64,000 bases of DNA. Origin: Candidatus Latescibacterota bacterium (lineage in GTDB: Bacteria; Latescibacterota; UBA2968; UBA8231). The notes beneath the pieces are model-generated. The model saw nothing but the letters and a program-made list of their open reading frames with translations. It was not told where the DNA came from and did not search any database. Location of the stretch: the NCBI GenBank assembly GCA_965243025.1, contig CBDETY010000003.1:6240001-6304000 (forward strand), given 5' to 3'. This document shows, piece after piece, positions 62,381 to 64,000 of the stretch (positions within the stretch are counted from its first letter, which is position 1; each line of letters begins with the position of its first letter). The position numbers were made by a program, and so were the translations under genes.

Positions 62381-62461
62381 GACGAGTCGAGCCAGTCGGG
62401 CCCCGGCCACGGCGGTTTCGGACCGGGGCGCCGCGGCGAAAATCACGGGGAGGAGCCGGGC

Positions 62462-64000
<1,539 letters not shown>

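Overview
A 64-kb, very GC-rich (about 70% by eye) bacterial chromosomal segment with about 46 genes. I found no rRNA, tRNA, CRISPR array, integrase or transposase. The gene content suggests an FCB-superphylum organism such as Latescibacterota (inference): a Bacteroidota-style sigma-70 lacking region 1.1, DUF2723, a long-form SppA, TPNGDGxND/FlgD-Ig C-terminal proteins and an FG-GAP/ASPIC protein. Ordinary content includes a tandem-duplicated uvrA, selB, a Sua5/YciO-family gene, thpR, namZ, a glycosylation cluster, an ABC-2 exporter, a 1-Cys peroxiredoxin, an orphan DNA methyltransferase and a betaine/dimethylglycine demethylation operon. Three loci stand out. (1) At 38.5-41.4 kb, a DdrO/CapH-like XRE repressor and an IrrE/CapP-like metallopeptidase lie divergent from a tiny HTH gene, with a perfect palindromic operator between them. 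Downstream of the peptidase is a probably autoregulated HTH plus nucleotidyltransferase toxin-antitoxin-like pair. (2) Four paralogous secreted proteins end in a TPNGDGxND...V[AV]Y domain; three are in tandem, followed by a large Asp-rich, beta-barrel-like protein, which may be an uncharacterised surface or secretion system. (3) A sigma-54 promoter with a candidate enhancer and an IHF-like site lies upstream of a sigma-70 gene. All family assignments come from motif recognition by eye, not from database searches.
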